DNA of 26,378 bases, taken from positions 3,481-29,858 of the forward strand of contig JBBDRO010000037.1 of the NCBI GenBank assembly GCA_040905425.1, in the 5' to 3' direction. The notes under the pieces are model-generated. The model was not told where the DNA came from and made no database searches. It saw nothing but the letters and a program-made list of their open reading frames with translations. Shown here piece after piece: positions 17,433 to 26,378 of this stretch. Each line of letters begins with the position of its first letter. Within the stretch, counting starts at the first letter, position 1. Origin of the DNA: Gemmatimonadota bacterium (GTDB lineage Bacteria; Gemmatimonadota; Gemmatimonadetes; Longimicrobiales; RSA9). Position numbers and translations under genes: made by a program.

Positions 17433-17508
17433 AAAACGCTTGTGCCCGAACGGGAATCGGCACGCGCGTGGCGCACGGGCGCGCGGGCGTATACCTCGTC
17501 GGGCATCC

Positions 17509-17715
17509 TCACCACGGACGCGCCTGGAAGGCCGGGTCCGGAGCCACCAGCACGCCGACCCCCTGGTCATCCGCGTCCCGTGCGGTAGCGTCCGGTTCGC
17601 TCCAGGGACCGACCGTACGGGCCACCACGAAGACCACCGCGGCCAGCAGCAGCAGACCCACCAGCCAGGGCAGGAAGCTGGGATTGCGATTGCGTTCGAC
17701 CTGGATCTCGGCCAT
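17509..17715 (-). CDS. small single-pass membrane protein, 68 aa (MAEIQVERNRNPSFLPWLVGLLLL...)
   Basis: AGGAG RBS, basic N-terminus followed by one TM helix, and its own candidate promoter. Confidence 0.75.
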   Translation of the reverse strand: MAEIQVERNRNPSFLPWLVGLLLLAAVVFVVARTVGPWSEPDATARDADDQGVGVLVAPDPAFQARPW

Positions 17716-17755
17716 GCGGTCTCCTGAGGGGTGCTGCTTCGGGAATCTGCCGACA

Positions 17756-17771
17756 AGCAAGAGACGTTCCA
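17756..17771 (-). promoter_or_regulatory. putative sigma54 promoter for the small membrane protein
   Basis: Minus strand TGGAACGTCTCTTGCT = GG-N10-GC with TTGCT, 40 nt upstream of the ATG. Confidence 0.6.
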
Positions 17772-17779
17772 TCCCGAAC

Positions 17780-17822
17780 GCACGAGCGGGGGCGTCGAAG
17801 CTCTCGACGCCCCCGCTCGTGC
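17780..17822 (-). terminator. perfect 19-bp stem-loop after the saccharopine dehydrogenase gene
   Basis: GCACGAGCGGGGGCGTCGA-N5-TCGACGCCCCCGCTCGTGC, followed on the minus strand by GTTC (weak U tract). Confidence 0.65.
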
Positions 17823-17837
17823 ACTGGCCGCGTTGGC

Positions 17838-18986
17838 TCAGAGCGTGCGCCGCTGGATGCGGATGTTGCGCTTGCCCAACTCCGCCAGGTAGGGCTCAAG
17901 GGGCAGCGCAAGGTGCGCCGGCTTGACGCCCGGGCCGGTGGTCCGGCCGGCGACCTGCAGCTGTCCCGTGATGGACAGGGTGTAGCCCGTGGTGCGCTCC
18001 ATAGCGCTGACGCCGGTATCGTCGTTCCGGTAGTCCAGCAGATCGTAGACCACCTTGCCCGGCGCGCCGCCGCGCGTGCCACTCACTTCCACGCGCAGCG
18101 CCACCAGATCGCGCCCCTCGGGGCGGGTGAGCCGCGGCCCGGCCGTGGCAATGAACACATCGCGCGGCGCTACCCGCACATCACCCACCTGCACGGGCTC
18201 CAGGTCGAAGAGCCCGAGTTCGCGCATGGCGCGTACGATGTGCGCGTGGCCGGGGTAGCGGAGCGTCTTGTATTCCATGTTCGGGATGTCTTCATAGTCC
18301 CACGGCATGGTGGAGAGGCCGCCCGCGGTGTGGAACGCCTCCAACTGGCCGATGCCATCGCCGAAGCTCACCGTCTCCACTTCGGAGAGTGCCTCCACGT
18401 TCTGGCGGTGCCCGTCACGCACGATCCAGGAGGAGCTGGTGTAGTAGTCGAGCACGCCCGCCAGGGAGTAGACAACCTGGTAGTTGAGGGGGCCCTCCGG
18501 CTGCTGCGGCAGCCCGCCCACGAAGAGCTTCACGCTCTCCGCGTGGTCCAGCTCGGCAATGCCGGCCGCCGCCAGGATGTTCACCATACCGGGCGCCAGG
18601 CCGGTGTCCGGCACCACGCTCACGCCGCGCTCCCGGGCCTGCTCGTCCAGCTTCATCTGCTCGAAGACAATGTCCGTGTTGCCGCCCAGATCGGCATAAT
18701 GCACCCCCGCCTCCACGGCCAGGCGGGTGATGTCCAGATTGAGGTAGTAGGGCAGCGCGTTCAGCACGGCGTCGGAGCCGCGCAGGAGGTCCAGGACGGC
18801 GTCATCGTCACGCGCGTCGAGGGTGCGCAACTCCAGGCGCGGATCGCCCTGCTTCTCCGCCAGGAAGGCGGGTGGCTCGTCCACCGCCAGATCCGCTACC
18901 ACCACCCGCTCCACCGCCTCGTTCCTCAGCAGATCGAAAGCGCAGGCGGAGCCCTGCAGGCCCGCCCCGAGGACGACCATCCGCAT
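17838..18986 (-). CDS. saccharopine dehydrogenase / lysine 6-dehydrogenase family oxidoreductase
   Basis: VLGAGLQG Rossmann motif, NALPY, YADLGG, GLAPG and YKTLRYPGH; GGAGG RBS. Confidence 0.92.
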   Translation of the reverse strand: MRMVVLGAGLQGSACAFDLLRNEAVERVVVADLAVDEPPAFLAEKQGDPRLELRTLDARDDDAVLDLLRGSDAVLNALPYYLNLDITRLAVEAGVHYADLGGNTDIVFEQMKLDEQARERGVSVVPDTGLAPGMVNILAAAGIAELDHAESVKLFVGGLPQQPEGPLNYQVVYSLAGVLDYYTSSSWIVRDGHRQNVEALSEVETVSFGDGIGQLEAFHTAGGLSTMPWDYEDIPNMEYKTLRYPGHAHIVRAMRELGLFDLEPVQVGDVRVAPRDVFIATAGPRLTRPEGRDLVALRVEVSGTRGGAPGKVVYDLLDYRNDDTGVSAMERTTGYTLSITGQLQVAGRTTGPGVKPAHLALPLEPYLAELGKRNIRIQRRTL

Positions 18987-19000
18987 GGGACCTCCAATGT

Positions 19001-19033
19001 GAAGGCCGGCGAGGTCTCGCGGACCCCGCCGGC
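19001..19033 (-). terminator. hairpin after the PBP gene, possible terminator
   Basis: Minus strand GCCGGCGGGGTC-CGCGA-GACCTCGCCGGC followed by CTTC. Confidence 0.45.
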
Positions 19034-19084
19034 GCCTTTAGCAATGTTGCCGGCGCCCCACAGTGGGGGCGCGCCTGGCCGAAG

Positions 19085-21550
<2,466 letters not shown>

Positions 21551-21650
21551 TTATATGCACCCGTGTCCGGGGATGTCAGCTGGTTCGAGCCCCGCTTCTC
21601 CGGCGGGGGGATGCCAGCGCCCCCAGGGGCGCCGACCACCCACCGGTGGG

Positions 21651-21666
21651 GCAAAAGCGGTACCAG
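21651..21666 (-). promoter_or_regulatory. putative sigma54 promoter for the PBP gene
   Basis: Minus strand CTGGTACCGCTTTTGC = GG-N10-GC with TTTTGC, 100 nt upstream of the ATG. Confidence 0.6.
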
Positions 21667-21671
21667 CAGCA

Positions 21672-21720
21672 ACAACCCGCCAGGATTGGGCGTCCGAGCG
21701 GCGCGATCCTGGCGGGTTGT
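21672..21720. repeat. 15-bp perfect inverted repeat between divergent genes
   Basis: ACAACCCGCCAGGAT-N19-ATCCTGGCGGGTTGT. Confidence 0.75.
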
Positions 21721-21823
21721 GGTCGTTCGGCGGGCGCGCAGGGGAACGCGCAGCGCATCCGCACCGTCCCCGCACCCCCGCTCCCTTGACCCTTCACCCT
21801 CCGCGGAGCAGGTTTCGTGTCCC

Positions 21824-21899
21824 GCACCGCCGCGGGTACCGGTCTTGCACCGCCGCGGGTGCCGGTCTTGCACCGACCGCGCGAGCAGGTCCCGCACCG
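21824..21899 (+). repeat. 23-24 bp tandem repeat upstream of the paa-like operon
   Basis: GCACCG recurs at 21824, 21847, 21870 and 21894. The first two units GCACCGCCGCGGGT(A/G)CCGGTCTT differ at one base, and the third is degenerate. Confidence 0.8.
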
Positions 21900-21940
21900 A
21901 GCCAGGCCCGAAACTCCTGACCCAGCCCAACGGAGCCCGC

Positions 21941-22888
21941 ATGAATCGGTTCACCGAGGACGAGATCAAGCAGAAGGTCCACGAGGGCTACATCCTGGAG
22001 TCCCCGGAGGAGATGACGGAGGGCTACCGGAAGGCGCTCACCGTGCAGCTCCTGGTGCAGGCGGACACCGAGCTCATCAGCGCACCGGCCTACTGGATGG
22101 CCGCGCAGGACGCGCCCAGCACCAACACGCAGGTCTCCGCCGTGGCCATCATCCAGGACGAGCTGGCGCACGCCAACATTGCCTACCGCATCCTGGAGGA
22201 CATGGGGCTGGACAAGGAGCAGCTGGTCTACGGCCGCGAGCCGCACGAGTTCAAGCACCCCTACGGCTTCGACCAGCCGCTGGAGAGCTGGGCGGAGCTG
22301 GTCACCGCCAACGGCTTCTTCGACCGCGCCGGCATCACCCTGCTCTCCGACGTCTTCCAGAACACCAGCTACGGTCCCCTCAAGCGCGCCCTGGTCAAGG
22401 TGGACCTGGAGGAAACCTTCCACCTGCGCCACGGCGAGGTGTGGATGAAGCGCCTCTCCAAGGCCGGCGGTGAGGCCAGGGAGCAGCTGCAGCGCGCCGT
22501 GGACTGGATGTTCCCCATGACCATCGAATGGTTCGGACTGCCGGATGACATGAAGCGCCACAGCGGCCAGCTCGAATACCGCCTGAAGGGCCTCACCAAC
22601 GACCAGCTCCGCCAGGTGTGGATGAGCGCCACGGTGCCGCTCTGTGAGGGCCTGGGCCTGGACGTGCCCGCGCACTATGACGAGGCCACCGACGCCTACG
22701 TGCTGGACTACCCCTTCCCCTGCGAGTATGACGCCGCGGCCAAGCACTGGGACTTCACCGGCGGGCAGATCTCCTGGGAGCAGGTCTTCACGCGCTGGAA
22801 GGCGCGCGGCCCCATGAACGAGCGCTACGTGGAAGCCGTGCGCCGGAGCCACGGGCCCATGGGCAAGCTCATGGACGCGGCGGCATAG
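21941..22888 (+). CDS. paaA: PaaA-like ferritin-fold di-iron oxygenase/epoxidase catalytic subunit (divergent)
   Basis: Ligand pattern ADTE ... QDELAH ... FFDRAG ... EETFH (E, ExxH, D, ExxH), plus SYGPLKRAL, KGLTNDQLRQ and GPMNERY motifs typical of PaaA; GGAG RBS. Confidence 0.85.
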   Translation: MNRFTEDEIKQKVHEGYILESPEEMTEGYRKALTVQLLVQADTELISAPAYWMAAQDAPSTNTQVSAVAIIQDELAHANIAYRILEDMGLDKEQLVYGREPHEFKHPYGFDQPLESWAELVTANGFFDRAGITLLSDVFQNTSYGPLKRALVKVDLEETFHLRHGEVWMKRLSKAGGEAREQLQRAVDWMFPMTIEWFGLPDDMKRHSGQLEYRLKGLTNDQLRQVWMSATVPLCEGLGLDVPAHYDEATDAYVLDYPFPCEYDAAAKHWDFTGGQISWEQVFTRWKARGPMNERYVEAVRRSHGPMGKLMDAAA

Positions 22889-23454
22889 TGCGGGTAAGCG
22901 ACGTCCCCCCGCACGCGCAGCAGCGCTCGTCCGCGCGCCGGGACCCGGCGCGCATCATCCGCGACGCCGTGGCCGAGGCCAGCCGCCGCACCCGGCACGC
23001 GCCGGACGCGCTGCCCGTGCACGGCACGGGCGGAAGCGCGGGCGGGCCGGGTGGCGACGTCGCTTATGGAAAGTGGGCGGGTTTCGGGGACGTGGAGGCG
23101 CTGCCCCCCGCCGCGGCGCCCGACCCCCGCTACACGAGCGCCGACCCGGCGGTGGCCGCGCTCTGGCGGGCGCTCACCGAGGTGATGGATCCGGAGATCC
23201 CCATCAGCCTGGTGGATCTGGGACTCATCTATGGCGTACGGCGGGAGGGCGCGCGGGTTGAGGTGGACTGCACCTTCACCGCCACGGCGTGCCCCTGCAT
23301 GGCGTTCATCCGCGAGGACATCCAGGAGCGGCTGCTGGCCGAGGCCGGCGTCACGGAGGTGGTGATCCACGAGGTGTGGGATCCGCCCTGGAGCACCGAA
23401 AACATGACCGAGCATGGTCGGGCGCGCCTGCGCGCGTGCGGCATTTCCGCCTAG
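22888..23454 (+). CDS. paaD: DUF59 / PaaD N-terminal-domain protein (metal-sulfur cluster biosynthesis-like) with N-terminal low-complexity extension
   Basis: VMDPEIPISLVDLGLIY, TATACPC and WDPPWSTENMTEHGRARL motifs. GTG overlaps the paaA stop (TAGTG); the exact start is uncertain. Confidence 0.85.
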   Translation: MRVSDVPPHAQQRSSARRDPARIIRDAVAEASRRTRHAPDALPVHGTGGSAGGPGGDVAYGKWAGFGDVEALPPAAAPDPRYTSADPAVAALWRALTEVMDPEIPISLVDLGLIYGVRREGARVEVDCTFTATACPCMAFIREDIQERLLAEAGVTEVVIHEVWDPPWSTENMTEHGRARLRACGISA

Positions 23455-23461
23455 GAGAGGC

Positions 23462-23665
23462 ATGGTCTACGAGGTCTTTGCCCGCAAGGCGCGCGGTGAG
23501 GCGCTGCGCCACATCGGCAACCTGAACGCGCCCGATGACGCGCTGGCCGCGGTCTACGCGTTCAACACGTACGACGAGGAGAAGTGGTTCGACCTGTGGG
23601 TCGTGCCGCGGGACCGGATGATCGAGGCCTACAACGCGGACCGCGCTGCGGCCGGAGGAGCGTAG
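23462..23665 (+). CDS. paaB: PaaB-like small subunit, 67 aa
   Basis: YEVFAR...LRHIGNLNAPD..LA...A...Y....LWVVPR pattern; AGGAG RBS. Confidence 0.85.
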   Translation: MVYEVFARKARGEALRHIGNLNAPDDALAAVYAFNTYDEEKWFDLWVVPRDRMIEAYNADRAAAGGA

Positions 23666-23666
23666 G

Positions 23667-24488
23667 GTGAGCGCGGAGACCACCGCCGAGGCGCAGCGCG
23701 CCGACGAACTCGAGCCGGAGGTGCGCGGGGCCGTGCGCGACCTGATCCTGGTCCTGGCCGACAGCAAGCGCCTGCTCGGCACGCGCTACGCCGGGTGGAT
23801 CCTGGGCGCGCCGGAGCTGGAGGCCGGCATCGCGGCCGCCTCCATGGCGCAGGACGAATGGGGGCACGCGCGCCTGCTCTACGCCATGCTGAAGGACTTC
23901 GGTGAGGACCCGAGCGTCATCGAGCACGAGCGCAGCGCGGCCGAGTACCGCGCCATGCCGGTGCTGGATGCGCCCCCTGACAACTGGCCGGAAATGGTGG
24001 CGCTGAACGTCCTGGTGGACGGCGCGCTCACGGTGCAGCTGCGGGCCTTTCGCGACTCGCGCTACGTACCCATGCGCCAGCGCGTGGAGAAGCTGCTCGA
24101 GGAGGAGCAGTTCCACACGGCGCACGGCGCGGCGTGGTTCCGTCGCCTGGCGGGGGCGCCGGAGGCGGTGGTGGCGCTGCGCGGCGCGGTGGAACCCATG
24201 GTGCCGCGCGTGCTACGCTGGTTCGGCGCGGACGCCGGGAGCGCGCTGGTGCTGGAGGATGCCGACGTGGTGGACGGCCAGGGCAGCGAGCTCCGGCGGC
24301 GCTGGCTGGAGCGCGTGGCGCCGCAGCTGGCCCTCCTCGGTGAGGGGCTGGAGCTCGCGGGGTTGGAGCCGGACTTCGCGGGCTTCGACGAGGCACGGCG
24401 GCGCGGGCAGGAGGACGGTGACGGCCCGGACGAGGAGACCATCCGGCGGGTGCGGGGGGATCGGAACCGCGCCTTCCTGATGGATTAG
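23667..24488 (+). CDS. paaC: PaaC-like ferritin-fold subunit
   Basis: LADSKRLLG, WILGAPELEAGIA, QDEWGHARLL, LVDGAL, SRYVP and EEQFH motifs; GGAGGAG RBS. Confidence 0.85.
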   Translation: MSAETTAEAQRADELEPEVRGAVRDLILVLADSKRLLGTRYAGWILGAPELEAGIAAASMAQDEWGHARLLYAMLKDFGEDPSVIEHERSAAEYRAMPVLDAPPDNWPEMVALNVLVDGALTVQLRAFRDSRYVPMRQRVEKLLEEEQFHTAHGAAWFRRLAGAPEAVVALRGAVEPMVPRVLRWFGADAGSALVLEDADVVDGQGSELRRRWLERVAPQLALLGEGLELAGLEPDFAGFDEARRRGQEDGDGPDEETIRRVRGDRNRAFLMD

Positions 24489-24490
24489 GG

Positions 24491-24670
24491 ATGGCGAGCC
24501 CCGACCGCGGCGGCGCCGAGCTGGGCCTGGAGGACGGCATCCCCTGTCCCTTCTGCCAGGGCGCCGAGACCGAACTGCACAACCCCTTCGGCTCCCAGCT
24601 CTCGCTGGCCACCTACTGGTGCCGGAGCTGCCACACGGCGTTCGAGCGGCTGAAGTGGCGGCGGCGCTAG
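24491..24670 (+). CDS. stand-alone PaaD-type zinc-ribbon protein, 59 aa (absent from the ORF track)
   Basis: Translated by hand: MASPDRGGAELGLEDGIPCPFCQGAETELHNPFGSQLSLATYWCRSCHTAFERLKWRRR. Two CxxC motifs with FGS and FE..K as in the PaaD C-terminus; starts 2 nt after the paaC stop. Confidence 0.85.
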   Translation: MASPDRGGAELGLEDGIPCPFCQGAETELHNPFGSQLSLATYWCRSCHTAFERLKWRRR

Positions 24671-24689
24671 CCGCCCGCCGCCCGGCTGC

Positions 24690-25841
24690 CTACCGCCCCT
24701 TCGCCGCCTCCGCCACCAGCGCCCACGCCGCCGTCACCGGAATCCCCTCCGCCAGCGGGCGGGGCGTGTAGCCCAGTTCGTCCGTGGCGCGCGCGTAGCT
24801 GTGCACCCAGCGCGCGCCCGTGGCCACGTCCACGCCCTCCACGGTGATGGGCAGGCGGAGGGGCGTTGCGCGGCTCACCGCGTCCGTGAGGCGGGCGGTG
24901 GCCCGCACCAGCCCGGCCGGCATGCGCAGCCGCGGCGCGCGCCGCTCGGCCGCCGCGCACACGCGCTCGGCGAACTCGTTCAGCGTGGCGCTCTCCCCGC
25001 CCAGCACGTAGGTGCCGCCGCGCGGGGACTCGCCCGCGGCCACCAGGCCGTCCGCCACATCCTCCACGAACACGTAGCTGAAGGTGGCGGGGTCGCGCAC
25101 CAGCGCGGGCAGCCGGCCGCGCACCAGATCGCGAATGAAACGGCCGTTCGGCCCGTCGTCCTCGGGGCCGTAGACGTTGGCGGGACAGACGAGCGTCAGC
25201 GGCTGCCCGGCCGCCTGCGCCTCGGCCGCCAGGTGGTGGGCCGCCGTCTTGGTGCGGTGGTAGACCGAGGGGAACGGGCCGTCCCAGGCGGAGCGCTCGT
25301 CCCCGTCCGCGCCGGCGGGGGCGGGGCCCAGCGCCGCGGTGCTGGAAACATGGATGGCGTGAGGGACCTCCGCACCGGCGGCGGCGGCCAGGAAGTGGCG
25401 TGTGCCCCCTACGTTGACGTCCTCCAGGACGTCCTCGCGGACGATGCCGATGTCGTAGACGGCGGCCAGGTGGTAGGCCAGGTCGGCCCCGCGGATGTGG
25501 CGCGCCAGGCTGGCGGGCGCGGTGACGTCCCCCTCCACCAGCTCCGCACCGGCGGCGCGCAGCTCCCCGGCCGCGCCGGTCCTGGGGTCGCGGACCAGGC
25601 AGCGCACGCGGTCGCCGCGCTGGAGGAGACGCGCCACCAGGCGCCGGCCGATGAAGCCGGTGCCGCCCGTGACGAAGATCGTGCGCGCGGTGGCGGCCGT
25701 CGTCCGCCGCGGCGACCCGCCCGCACCGGCACTGGCGGGCTGCGGACGGGGCGGCTGGCCATCGGCCGGGGGCCAGTCCGCGCTGGGCGAAGGCTCCTCT
25801 TCAGGCGGAGGCGGCTCTCCGGGCGGGGCGTGCTCGGCCAT
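24690..25841 (-). CDS. NAD-dependent epimerase/dehydratase (extended SDR, HpnA/dihydroflavonol-reductase-like)
   Basis: VTGGTGFIG, YHLAA, HVSS, YHRTK (YxxxK) and VYGP motifs; Pro-rich N-terminal extension. Confidence 0.9.
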   Translation of the reverse strand: MAEHAPPGEPPPPEEEPSPSADWPPADGQPPRPQPASAGAGGSPRRTTAATARTIFVTGGTGFIGRRLVARLLQRGDRVRCLVRDPRTGAAGELRAAGAELVEGDVTAPASLARHIRGADLAYHLAAVYDIGIVREDVLEDVNVGGTRHFLAAAAGAEVPHAIHVSSTAALGPAPAGADGDERSAWDGPFPSVYHRTKTAAHHLAAEAQAAGQPLTLVCPANVYGPEDDGPNGRFIRDLVRGRLPALVRDPATFSYVFVEDVADGLVAAGESPRGGTYVLGGESATLNEFAERVCAAAERRAPRLRMPAGLVRATARLTDAVSRATPLRLPITVEGVDVATGARWVHSYARATDELGYTPRPLAEGIPVTAAWALVAEAAKGR

Positions 25842-25844
25842 CGG

Positions 25845-26198
25845 CTACTCGTTCGACGCGGGGCCGGCCACGTGCCAGCCGATCCGCACGGGTACGCCGT
25901 CCACCTCCGCGTCCCCCTCCGCCACCACGAGGTCCACCTCCCGCTCGCGGTCCAGGCGCTGTTGCGTGAGCCCCCCGCCCATGGAGGCGTGAGCCTTGAT
26001 GCGCACGTCGCGTAGCAGCCCGTCCGGCCCTTCGAGGCGGATGAGGCCGCCCGGCTTCAGGTCCTTTGCGGAGGGCTGCCCGTCGAGCAGGCGCAGGCGC
26101 AGCAGGTGGCCGCGCAGGGGGACGCGCAGTGCATCGGAAACGCGAAAGCGGAACGGTCCGCCAGGTGAACCTTCCCGCCGGGTCTTCAGTCCAGGCAT
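25845..26198 (-). CDS. hypothetical protein, 117 aa, predicted small beta-barrel
   Basis: Clean ORF ending 3 nt before the SDR start; alternating hydrophobic beta-strand pattern; promoter upstream. Confidence 0.7.
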   Translation of the reverse strand: MPGLKTRREGSPGGPFRFRVSDALRVPLRGHLLRLRLLDGQPSAKDLKPGGLIRLEGPDGLLRDVRIKAHASMGGGLTQQRLDREREVDLVVAEGDAEVDGVPVRIGWHVAGPASNE

Positions 26199-26284
26199 GG
26201 TATGGCCATTCGTAGCCGCGGGTTCAGCCAGCGCGCCGCCTCTCGCGCCGCGCCGAGTACGCCCCCAGAAGGAGCGAGGCCACC

Positions 26285-26313
26285 ACGGTAGCGCCGGAAC
26301 AGCGGGGCGTCAA
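26285..26313 (-). promoter_or_regulatory. sigma70-type promoter
   Basis: Minus strand TTGACG-N17-TACCGT, about 85 nt upstream of ATG 26198. Confidence 0.6.
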
Positions 26314-26378
26314 TTCAGAACGCGCGCCGGCGCAGGACGAGCGGGCGCACGCGGATGGGAGCGCGCAGGGGGTGCGCG

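Noticed and set aside
17300..17440. AT-rich island as possible foreign DNA or recombination site
   Set aside because: It is short and explained by promoter and operator elements. The spacing is not dif-like (11-6-11) and there are no mobility genes.
21567..21603. tRNA-like GGTTCGAGCCC T-loop with a 7-bp flanking stem
   Set aside because: No D arm, anticodon arm or CCA end, and the T stem has a mismatch, so it is not a tRNA. There is also no integrase nearby to suggest an att site.
21824..21899. Tandem repeats as a possible mini-CRISPR array
   Set aside because: Units are contiguous with no unique spacers, and there are no cas genes.

Overview
Very GC-rich, gene-dense chromosomal window with about 26 protein genes. 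I see no rRNA, tRNA, CRISPR array or mobile element. The gene set (TM-anchored TPR protein, MAEIQVER-type small membrane protein, conserved ECF sigma, secreted M28 and amidohydrolase enzymes) suggests a Gemmatimonadota-like organism, which is an inference. In order: degenerate DeaD-like RNA helicase operon (with a DsbA/FrnE gene and a small unknown gene), class I aminotransferase, amidohydrolase, Yip1 protein, LMW-PTP/fructosamine-kinase/SGNH-like lipoprotein operon, beta-propeller lipoprotein, lytic transglycosylase, M28 peptidase, OsmC, orphan lipoprotein, TPR membrane protein, ECF sigma, small membrane protein, saccharopine dehydrogenase-like enzyme, class A PBP, a divergent paaA-D(N)-B-C-D(C)-like di-iron oxygenase operon, an extended SDR and a small hypothetical protein. 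Best candidates for new biology: (1) the divergent Paa-like di-iron operon with a split PaaD and no reductase or ligase nearby; (2) a DEAD-box pseudo-helicase that keeps its RNA-binding parts; (3) an unusually dense set of sigma54-like -24/-12 promoters, including a tandemly duplicated one; (4) clustered Bacteroidetes-type D-S/T O-glycosylation sequons in exported proteins. All family calls come from motif recognition by eye, and no database search was run.
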